Assembly: GCA_963847185.1 (NCBI GenBank)
Contig: CAWJYV010000007.1
Location: 879,853-943,852, forward strand
Source: an uncultured Methanosarcinaceae archaeon
GTDB taxonomy: Archaea; Halobacteriota; Methanosarcinia; Methanosarcinales; Methanosarcinaceae
Direction of reading: 5' to 3'
DNA: 64,000 nucleotides
Every line of letters begins with the position of its first letter. The first letter of the stretch is position 1. Shown in pieces: positions 55,610 to 64,000 of the stretch. The position numbers and the translations under genes are program-made. Under the pieces are notes generated by a model. That model did no database searches. It saw only the letters and a program-made list of their open reading frames with translations, and was not told the DNA's origin.

Positions 55610-56023
55610 TCAATTCAGGAGAAGAGTCCAGGTAACAAGGAAGAAATCAATGACTATAAACTCGACATAAAACCAGTCTTTAGCTTTAAATTCTTTTGTA
55701 TCGATCTTAAGCGGAGGATAAATCAATTTCTGTACAAAATATGTAAGTCCGATAACGATTATAAGTACAGCATACCAGATCCTGTCTTCTCCTGTTCCGT
55801 ACAGGGCGAAGGTCAAATATCCTGCCAGTATACCAAGTACTGAAGCTACTATTGTCTTTATAATTCCTTCTTTATGGGCTTTCTGCTTTTCTTCGGGCGT
55901 CTTTTCCTTTATAAGACTCTTTTTTTCTGGAGTCCCGGAGCTTGTTGCAGAACCTTCTGCGGAAATCTCTTTAATTTTTGCAGGTTCTTTTCCTGGCTTT
56001 GACTTCGGATTTTGCTTACTCAA
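55610..56023 (-). CDS. small 3-TM membrane protein with Lys/Glu-rich N-terminus (archaeal EMC6-like)
   Basis: AGGAGTGA RBS with TTG; charged N-terminus, three hydrophobic helices, C-terminal KDWFYVEF...VTWTLLLN. Family name is from recollection only. Confidence 0.72.
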   Translation of the reverse strand: MSKQNPKSKPGKEPAKIKEISAEGSATSSGTPEKKSLIKEKTPEEKQKAHKEGIIKTIVASVLGILAGYLTFALYGTGEDRIWYAVLIIVIGLTYFVQKLIYPPLKIDTKEFKAKDWFYVEFIVIDFFLVTWTLLLN

Positions 56024-56203
56024 CCTGTATTCACTCCTGAACGGCAATTATCCTGGGATCTAATCTGTGTTTTAATCGACCCTGAATCTATGTGAATAGT
56101 TGCCTTGAATCCTCAAATTTAAATTACAAGATAAAAATCATACTATTTAAATTATTAGAGTTAAATTATTAAGGTTCAACTTATTTGAACTAAATTTACA
56201 GCT

Positions 56204-57223
56204 TTAAATAAATTCATTGCTTAAAACATTACCGATCTGATCTATAGATATCGCATCGATTCCTATTGAATTTAAATGTTTTGAAAATTTGGAAGGTCTA
56301 TGCCCTCCGGGATGGTAGACAAGAGTTACCTCGGGGTTAAGTTTCCTTACCATATCTTCAAGGCCGCAGGCATCGAGATGGTCGCTGATCTTGATTATGG
56401 GATAAGGATAATCCATGCGGCAACTGAGCACGTATTTTTTCATGTTCAAGGGAAGCTTGTTAAGCTCCCAGGGAGCTACTACGAAAACCCCGTCGTCTCC
56501 TCTTGAATCAAGCCCTTCGAGTTCTCCCGCATCTTCGAGCATACTCCGGGTAAGAGCTCTTGTCCTGGCTTCCATACGAATAGCCCCATTATATCCAAAC
56601 CCTCTTATAAGTTCAACTGCTCTCTGAGCTTTTCCGAACTCATAAGCTCCAAAAGCAACGGGCCCGTGGTCAAAAAGAGCGCACTTCATGCCTTCAAGGT
56701 CGTCGGCAAAATAGCAGGAGGGATCTTCCGGGTCTCCATAATTAGCTTCAGTGATAAGTATATCGCAGGGAGGGAGTTTACTTGCATCTTTGACATCGCC
56801 GGTAACAAGAATTCTCGTCCCCACGTCATTTTCCCAGTAAAAAGCAGCCGCACCTGCAGTATGCTCTGTTGGGAAGGTTTTTATCTTTACTTCTTCAACC
56901 TCGATTTCCTCTCCAACTCCGCACATTCTGCCCGCATATCTTTTGTCGTGCCTGATTTCAAGAGCTATTGCAGTTTTATCCGAGCACACGGAGTTTGGAG
57001 AAAGCATGGCTGATTTTCCATGATGATCCGAATGGGCATGAGTGATCAGGTATGCATCTGGCTGCAGGGACTTTCCCGATGCACGGGTAGTATCAACAGA
57101 AAACATGCGTAAATCTCCTGCTTTATCTCTGAATCGAATAGAAATATGCGGTTTGAAGTTCCCGCGAGAGTTACGCTGCCTGAGCGCCATCACACCAAGG
57201 TCTATTAACTTTTTAGAAATCAC
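56204..57223 (-). CDS. MBL-fold metallo-hydrolase (beta-CASP-like nuclease candidate)
   Basis: LITHAHSDH, HTAGA, VTGD, LITEANYG, FGKAQR, SDH, late H. Confidence 0.88.
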   Translation of the reverse strand: MISKKLIDLGVMALRQRNSRGNFKPHISIRFRDKAGDLRMFSVDTTRASGKSLQPDAYLITHAHSDHHGKSAMLSPNSVCSDKTAIALEIRHDKRYAGRMCGVGEEIEVEEVKIKTFPTEHTAGAAAFYWENDVGTRILVTGDVKDASKLPPCDILITEANYGDPEDPSCYFADDLEGMKCALFDHGPVAFGAYEFGKAQRAVELIRGFGYNGAIRMEARTRALTRSMLEDAGELEGLDSRGDDGVFVVAPWELNKLPLNMKKYVLSCRMDYPYPIIKISDHLDACGLEDMVRKLNPEVTLVYHPGGHRPSKFSKHLNSIGIDAISIDQIGNVLSNEFI

Positions 57224-57548
57224 GCCAATCCTTGAGGAGATAATACTTAAGATATTTAAGTTTAGGGAAGCACGTAGATTCCATACACAGTATTTTACTG
57301 ATAAAAGAAGATAATATTAAAATCCGAACATCCGGTAGACTTTATCTTTTGAATAAAGTGAGAATAAAAAAGTCTTATCCGATCCCAATGAAAGAAAAGG
57401 ATCTTTTCGAAAAACAAATCTTATTTATATCTCAAGTTTCTCGTTTTCTCTAATAAGATTTAAACTGGAGATTAGATCGCGAACTGTGTTTCTTGCAGAT
57501 CCAGTCTCCAGTAAGCCACCTACTCATATATATTCATCATAATAATGT

Positions 57549-57956
57549 TCAGACAGATATTTCTTTTGTCATGATATAAGCGATCATTTCAGGGTTAAGT
57601 TTGCTTTCCCTTGAAATTTTTGCTTCAATATCCTCAGCAGATTTTCCTTCAATCTTCATTTCTTTTATTTTTTCAGTTACTGAAGAAGGAATGGTATAAT
57701 ACTCGTTTATATCTTTCCTGTGTCCCCAGACATCTCCTTCAATGAGCTGAATTCTCTGCATCTCAAGGAACATTTCTATGGACTTTGAAACTGTAGCCAT
57801 GTAAGATTTGGGTAACTGAATTACCTCAACTTTGGGACAGGTTTCAACAAGTCCAAGTATATCCTTGTTAGACGGTCTGAAAGCCAGATGAATTACACGC
57901 TCATTAGGGTTAAGTGTAAAGATTTCCTCTCTTGAACTAACTACTCGAATTTTCAT
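57549..57956 (-). CDS. DUF1699-family protein, paralog 3
   Basis: MKIRVVSSR, HLAFRPSN, EGDVWGHRKDINEYY; GAGG RBS. Confidence 0.88.
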   Translation of the reverse strand: MKIRVVSSREEIFTLNPNERVIHLAFRPSNKDILGLVETCPKVEVIQLPKSYMATVSKSIEMFLEMQRIQLIEGDVWGHRKDINEYYTIPSSVTEKIKEMKIEGKSAEDIEAKISRESKLNPEMIAYIMTKEISV

Positions 57957-58294
57957 GTTCCTCTTTTCCAAACTTAAATTTTTTTAGTTGTACCTCAATA
58001 CGTACTAGTCATACTTACTATAAATATTTATCTCAATGGACTAACATTATTTAGATAGTATAATTGTTTAGAAGTGATAACTATTTCCAAAATTCAGCTT
58101 TTTAACGCCTAAAAATAAATAATCTTCCTTTTTTTATTATCTTCTTTCTGGCTTTTCTATGATTTTTGCCACTTTATTGATTCAATTTTTTTAAACAACT
58201 ATCTAAATTATTCCTTCATAAATTCTCTAAAACTATGTCATTTTTCCTCTTGAGACTTCATTGAAGTTTTCTGTTTATCCTGGAAAAAAGGTTT

Positions 58295-58890
58295 TATCTT
58301 TGTTTCAAATCGTCCACTTTCGCATGGTTAATATTTTTAAAAAAACAATTCATACTCACATTCTTGAATTTTTACCCTTACATTCCCTTACATCCTTATT
58401 CTCCATACTGCGTCGTTCTTGTCACGCTCGACGCAGGAGAGCGGTCATCCCCAAAAAGAGAAAAAACTCACATGAAGTTCTTCGAATTCAAACACAAATA
58501 ATGAAAGTAATTGAAAGTATTTTCATGCCAAGAATCTAAATAACCCGGTAAGTAAAAACAACCGTTACCCCCTTCAAGAAACTAACATGTAAAAGTGAAA
58601 GGGGAAAAGGATAACTTTCTGATTTTTTCTGATTTTTTTGCAGGGCCGCCAGACAAGCTGGCGGAGGAGCTTATATTTATCTGTGAATTTTAATGAGGTT
58701 CCCGAAGTCAAGAAAAGTATTCTTCGGACAGGGAAGATAGTTCTGAATTCAGTTTATTCTGATAACTGTATGAATTCATCTGCTACTTTTTTACGTTGCA
58801 GACGAGACAAGTTCAACCCTGCAAAGAGTAGAGTCGAAAAAAAAGATTCCAGTTTCGGATTCAGAATATATCAACCGATTAATACGGAAC
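58295..58890 (+). repeat. ~590-bp dispersed structured repeat, copy B
   Basis: Collinear with the reverse complement of 50413-50997; hairpins CTGCGTCG..CGACGCAG (58408-58436) and CCGCCAG-ACAAG-CTGGCGG (58646-58664). Confidence 0.92.
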
Positions 58891-58954
58891 CACCTAATCT
58901 TTTAAATGAACACTTTTTACGAAATGACTATTTTGAAATTTGTTGTTTCAATCT

Positions 58955-59472
58955 TTAGTCTGCCGCTTCTTCTGTTATTTCTCTCCTTTTTTGAACTGCC
59001 TTTAGAAGAAGGACAAAAACCAGTACACAAATCTGGGCAAGTACAAGCCCGAGCAGGTTTGAAAGAGCATCTGCTATGCTTGCAGTACGGTAGGGAGGTA
59101 CATTTGAAATATCTCATTCAGGATTCCGTAAGCAGTGCCTGTGAATATGGCAAAAGCTACTGCATATTTTTCCAGTGTCTGCGTTTCTGGAGCTTAAATA
59201 TAAAAAATACAGTAAAACTCCTAGTCCAAAATAAATCCCTACATGCCCTGGATCTATGGATTGTCTTTCCGCAAAATGTAAAGAACCGACAAAGAACTCC
59301 AGGATAAAAGATAGGTGGGTTGCAGTAAGAATTTCTGTTGTTGCGTGACCCAGGGTTATACCTAGAAAATGCTTCAGGTTTCCTACATTTGATGTAACTG
59401 AGAGGTAAAAAACGAAGATTGCATATATATTGTAACTGGGACAAAAATTCTGGACTTTTTTATTCTTAACAT
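58955..59472 (-). pseudogene. VanZ-family membrane protein broken by ~3 single-base indels
   Basis: Stitching frames gives MLRIKKSRIF...YAIFVFYLS...HVGIYFGLG...YGILNEIFQMYLP(Y)RTASIADALSNLLG, the VanZ E..Q...P.R..S..D...N..G signature. Confidence 0.8.
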
Positions 59473-59971
59473 TATATCTTGCATTTTTATCTATGGGGTT
59501 TATGAAATACACTGCATTTAAAGTCTTTGTTCCTGAACTTTAGGAACTTGCGGCAACTTATGACCATAAACAGTAGCCTAAATATATTTCTTATGTAGAA
59601 TTCCTCAGATATCTTCTATTATTGAGCTTATAATTAAAACTTATTTCACCTCTCAAGTTTTAAAAGTTTTAAAGATCGTTTTTTGAGTATAAACTCCATA
59701 TGCTACTGAAAATATGGAATTATAGAAGTAATTTTGAGAATTCAGATAAGTTCATTCATGAAACCTGAGTATGTGTAGAACTTGGAATGATATGAAGTTC
59801 TTGACAAAATGAATTGTTATTTTTTCGATTTTATGGTCAAAATGAGAAACATAGTTACGAATCATTTCGACAACTATATTTATTATTATTTTTAATCGGA
59901 TGAGGGCAGATATGAAAGTTTATCTATTTATTTGTACATGCGCCTAAAAATAACGACAGGGATAGTAAAAA

Positions 59972-60997
59972 ATGGTAGTTTTCGATTCAGTTTCAATTTT
60001 CCAAAATTTCATGCTTGCCAGTAATCTGCTGGTCCCATTATTCGTTACTGCAGTTTCTATGCCGTACTTTATTAAAGAACTGATTGAAAACAGGATAACA
60101 GCAAAGGATCAATATAAACGAAATCCTTCTGTGGTGGCAGACCGTGGCGGAATTGCAATTCTGCTAATTGCCATGCTTTCCCTCTCGCTCAATTCTCTTT
60201 TTTTCAAGTTCACATCCACAAACTACGTGGCAATGATTGTCATTGCGCTTTTTGGCTTGTTTGGTGTTCTTGATGATATGATCAATATTGGCAGGACTTC
60301 CAAACTGTTAATTATGTATTACTGTTCTTATCCGCTTATTCAGTATGCAGCTCACACTGCGATTATTCTTCCAGGCATTGGAAGTCTCGATCTTGGAATA
60401 TTCTATCTGCAGTTCATTGTCCCAACCTATGTTCTGGTTGCATCAAATCTGGTTAATATGCATTCCGGATACAACGGGCTGGCCTCAGGCTTATCTATAA
60501 TTGTTCTTGTTTCGCTAATTATAAAATCGGTTCTAATAGGCGATGTTGAGAATATAATATCAGTCGCTGCTATTACAGGAGCTACTATTGGATTTTACAT
60601 TTACGAAAGGTATCCTGCCAGAATTTTCTGGGGCAATGTCGGGTCCCTTACAGTTGGGGCTGCAATCGGGACTATTATTGTCCTTCAGGATTTTGTGATA
60701 AGCGGCTTCATTATGCTTATTCCGCATACTGTTAACTTTTTAATGTACGTGTACTGGAGAGCCAAAAAGTATCCTCACGTTAAGTTCGGAAAGGAGAGAG
60801 AAGACGGCACTCTGGAAGTTCCCAATCCTCTTACTTTGAAATGGGTCCTGCCTTATTACTATAATGTGACTGAAAAACAGGCAACTTATGCAATGTTTCT
60901 GTTGACTTCGTTTTTCTGTGTTATTGGGAATTTTACTGCCTGGAAGGATGTAAGAGGAATAAAAACGAAGGGTGAGACAGATAGTATCATGCTTTAA
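59972..60997 (+). CDS. MraY/GPT-family polyprenyl-phosphate HexNAc-1-phosphotransferase (AglH-like)
   Basis: GVLDDM, SNLVNMHSGYNGL, YPARIFWGNVGS. Removing one G at 60926-60928 gives the more plausible end GILLPGRM* at 60953. Confidence 0.9.
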   Translation: MVVFDSVSIFQNFMLASNLLVPLFVTAVSMPYFIKELIENRITAKDQYKRNPSVVADRGGIAILLIAMLSLSLNSLFFKFTSTNYVAMIVIALFGLFGVLDDMINIGRTSKLLIMYYCSYPLIQYAAHTAIILPGIGSLDLGIFYLQFIVPTYVLVASNLVNMHSGYNGLASGLSIIVLVSLIIKSVLIGDVENIISVAAITGATIGFYIYERYPARIFWGNVGSLTVGAAIGTIIVLQDFVISGFIMLIPHTVNFLMYVYWRAKKYPHVKFGKEREDGTLEVPNPLTLKWVLPYYYNVTEKQATYAMFLLTSFFCVIGNFTAWKDVRGIKTKGETDSIML

Positions 60998-61013
60998 GTG
61001 ACCGTAATTGAGA

Positions 61014-62474
61014 TTATGCTAGCTCAAGGTCCTTATTTGAGTTATCAATTCCTCTTTTCAAAATTATTTGTTTAAATAGTTCTTTATCTCCTGAATCAAC
61101 CCATCCTGCAATGTAAAGTATTACAACAAAGATTAGAACGGATATAACGGATAAAGGAGCAAGATTGGAATAATTTCTTGATATTATCATGAAAGCTGAT
61201 ATTATACAGACTCCAATTGAAGGATAAATAATCTCTTTAGCTAAATTTTTGTGGACAATCTTTTTGTCAATCCAGTAAATTCCATAAACCATTACAGTAA
61301 ATTCAGTAATAAGTGTTGCAATACTGGCTCCTGTATAGCTGTAAGAAGGAATTAAAATCAAGTTTAGCCCTACATTCAACAGCGCTGCAAAGGCCGATAT
61401 TTTAGCCATTGTATTTTGGTTTCCACTTGCTATATATGTAGAACTTAGAAGCTGATTTACAAACATAACTGAGGTAGCCCATATCAATACCTGTAATGCA
61501 ACTATGGAACCATAATACTCTGATCCGTACATCTCAAGTATAATTTTTTCTGACAAAAACGTTATAACAGTTGCAATCAGCAGGCCTGAAGCAAATAGAA
61601 GCTTAAATGACATTGTGTAAATGTAGTTAAAAGCTTTATTTTTTTCATGGAAGTATTTTGACATTACTGGATATATAGAAACCATGAGTACCGAAGGAAT
61701 AAAAGTTAAAGCTTCAGTTATACGGTAAGCAGCACTATAAAATCCTACATCTGTGTCATTTGTTAGAAAAGATAGCATAACCGTATCAATTCTAAAGTAT
61801 ATCATCATGAAGACTGTAGAGACTGCTATTGGGAGTGCTTCTGTGATAATTTTTTTTATCAAATCATATTCTATTTTAAATTTAGGTTTTACAAAGCGTT
61901 TTGAAAATACAGTCATCAAAATATTATGTACAAAGTCTGCCGCTACAGATACTAAAACAAATAAGTATAAATTTGCATTATATTGAATCAGGTATAGTAC
62001 TGAGATGAGAAAAAAGAGCCTTCCAGTTACGCTAAAAAATAAAGAATAATCCATTCTTAGTTTTACCTCATATACTATACCAAAGCCGCTAAGACTTATT
62101 GCTAGCAAGCCAAGAGATGCAAGATATACGGCATTTTTTGTTGAAGGTGGATAGTCTGTAATGCTTATAATTAAACAGCATAATAAAAAAGAAAGCACCG
62201 ATAGAACTAATTTAACAATTGTAGCATTTCCAATGAGTTTATCCATTATTTTCTGGTCTTTTGCTGCTTCACGAACCAATATTTTATGTATTCCCAAATC
62301 TGGAATAAAACTAAAAAAGTATATAAATGCAAAAGCAAAAGAATATTTTCCAAAATCAGCTGGACCAAGATAACGTGCAATATATAATAATATAAAAAAG
62401 CTAATTATTTTCGTTGAAATTCCACTGATAAGTAGAAAACCCGAGTTTTTTACAATTCTTTTTGCTGTTTGCAT
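61014..62474 (-). CDS. Wzx-type oligosaccharide flippase (MOP superfamily)
   Basis: KRIVKNS, ARYLGPADFGKY, DLGI, IYFRIDTVML, VGFYSAAYR, LNLILIP...GASIAT; AT-rich. Confidence 0.93.
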   Translation of the reverse strand: MQTAKRIVKNSGFLLISGISTKIISFFILLYIARYLGPADFGKYSFAFAFIYFFSFIPDLGIHKILVREAAKDQKIMDKLIGNATIVKLVLSVLSFLLCCLIISITDYPPSTKNAVYLASLGLLAISLSGFGIVYEVKLRMDYSLFFSVTGRLFFLISVLYLIQYNANLYLFVLVSVAADFVHNILMTVFSKRFVKPKFKIEYDLIKKIITEALPIAVSTVFMMIYFRIDTVMLSFLTNDTDVGFYSAAYRITEALTFIPSVLMVSIYPVMSKYFHEKNKAFNYIYTMSFKLLFASGLLIATVITFLSEKIILEMYGSEYYGSIVALQVLIWATSVMFVNQLLSSTYIASGNQNTMAKISAFAALLNVGLNLILIPSYSYTGASIATLITEFTVMVYGIYWIDKKIVHKNLAKEIIYPSIGVCIISAFMIISRNYSNLAPLSVISVLIFVVILYIAGWVDSGDKELFKQIILKRGIDNSNKDLELA

Positions 62475-63104
62475 GATAATATTAAACCTTTTATAAAATA
62501 GATAAATGTAACTCAATCGCTATGATGTAAGCTTATTATAATTTCTTCCTTAATTCTTTTTAAATGTGCTCCTTAATATTAGTTGGTATATAGATCTGAT
62601 ATATTTTATAATGAAAAAGATTAGCAAAGGACAAAAGTTTACTGATATTTTGATGGTCAGTTTTATGGAACTATCTTAAAAAATATAGGCAGTGTAGCGA
62701 ATTTGCTGTAAATTTGAAGTCAATTTTTTGTGTAAGATGAGAACAATGGATCTTCAGATATGTAATTTTCTACTCAACAACTTTTTGAAATTTGTGATTT
62801 TACAGAAAAATCTACACACTGCCGTTTTTCTATTTCCTAGTCCTGACCAGAAAGGAATTTTTCATTTTATAACAACATCAGATAGAAGCAGTCAGATAAG
62901 AAAGCTCTCCTAAAATCGAGTAACTAATAAAAGTTCTAAACCTTACAAAAATAGAAATGGAGCTTTTTTGCGCCAAGTGTTCTTACAATCATTAGTGAAG
63001 TAAAGGGATTATTGTAGTAGATTTAGGTAGTATTTTTGAGTTTTAGAGCCAATTCATTAATAAAATTATAAAAATGTAGGATTATTCTTAGTCATTTATA
63101 GTGC

Positions 63105-64000
63105 TTAATTCCATATAGTTATTCTCCCATTTGAGAATATTTTACTATTATTATTGCTAGTTACAAGCGAATTAGAAAATTCATTGGAGCTCTCTTTTTC
63201 ATCTATAATAAAGTATGAGGTATTAAATACATTCATTAATTCTTTGACATGCCTGTCATTGATATTCCAACTAGGTAAATGATTTATTTGCCATTCGCCA
63301 TCTAGATTATTTATTTCATAAGGTTCATCTTTATAATAACTTAAAGAAGACATAGGATATTTTTGAATTACATTTGCCTCATTGAAGCCTATGAAACCAT
63401 CAATGTAATTTAGCATGTTCGAAATCGTCAAAGTTGGTACTTCAGATATGGAATATATTCTTAATGTTGTATATGGACTTGTCTCAACTCAGGTTACCAT
63501 TAATTTGATTTGAAATCCATTCTCCAGCAGTATAACTTTTTTCATCTAAATAACGGTTTTCGTCACCTAAAAAATGTAAAAATTGAAAATATCCAGATAC
63601 AACTACACTTAGTATTATCAGTACTATTAACATTGTTTTTTTATTTTTAAGCACGTTTACCAAACCAATACTGGAAAAGATAAATACATACGCCGGTAAA
63701 AACCATTTCATATATGTCTCTATATAAAAGAAAGGAGATAACACCGCGAAGCTTGTCAAAAAAAACCATTCTTCGTGTCTTTTTTCTTCCTTCCATATCA
63801 AATATACAAATCCGCTTAAGGCAAAAAAAAGCAAAATTCCAGAATACCTAGAGTAGCTTTCGATCAACATTACTACGAAGCCATATCTTGTGCCGCTGTA
63901 CCCTCTTTCACTCTCCATAAACATTCTTGTAAAAAAAGGTAGAACAATTGCTATTATAAAAAATGACGCATAAATAATATTTTTATGATTCTCTTTTATT
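63105..64000 (-). CDS. AT-rich polytopic membrane protein of a glycosylation cluster; partial, with one frameshift
   Basis: Frame is open from the window edge through several TM segments to ...WISNQINGNL. A +1 shift near 63489 continues VETSPYTTLRIYSISEVPTLTISNML...FSNGRITIWN*. Confidence 0.7.

Noticed and set aside
50422-58958. Similar short ORFs at 50422-50610, 50768-50968, 58261-58539 and 58638-58958, considered as a protein family
   Set aside because: The similarity follows from the DNA repeat; starts, stops and frames are not conserved between copies.

Overview
This is archaeal DNA, very probably Methanosarcina. The evidence is the split rpoA'/rpoA'' genes, archaeal ribosomal proteins, aEF-2/aEF-1A, PGF-CTERM proteins, three DUF1699 paralogs, GGAGG/GGTGA ribosome-binding sites and near-absence of TAG stops. 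Layout: 1-10 kb is the core rpoA1-rpoA2-rpl30e-nusA-rps12-rps7-fusA-tuf-rps10 cluster. 10-41 kb is an accessory region with a fragmented redox/nitrosative-stress-type gene set, two MATE transporters, Kup, a tandemly duplicated PGF-CTERM surface-protein cassette, several pseudogenes and many small non-autonomous elements. These include MITEs, IS200/IS605-type end hairpins (one with a MITE inserted in its loop) and REP-like palindromes. 41-58 kb is housekeeping (yjbQ, purF, rpl37e, Sm/Lsm, thiDN, trpB2, hisD, hel308, ABCE1/RLI). A ~590-bp structured repeat occurs twice in inverted orientation around hel308..DUF1699. 59-64 kb begins a glycosylation cluster. I saw no tRNA, rRNA, CRISPR array or intact transposase. 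Several single-base frameshifts hit otherwise well-formed genes and may be assembly errors. I found no clearly new multi-gene system. The best leads are the structured non-coding mobile elements, the N-glycosylation sequon repeat, a possibly domesticated IS1 InsA-like gene and a PIP-like tail on PurF. All calls are by-eye motif recognition; no searches were run.
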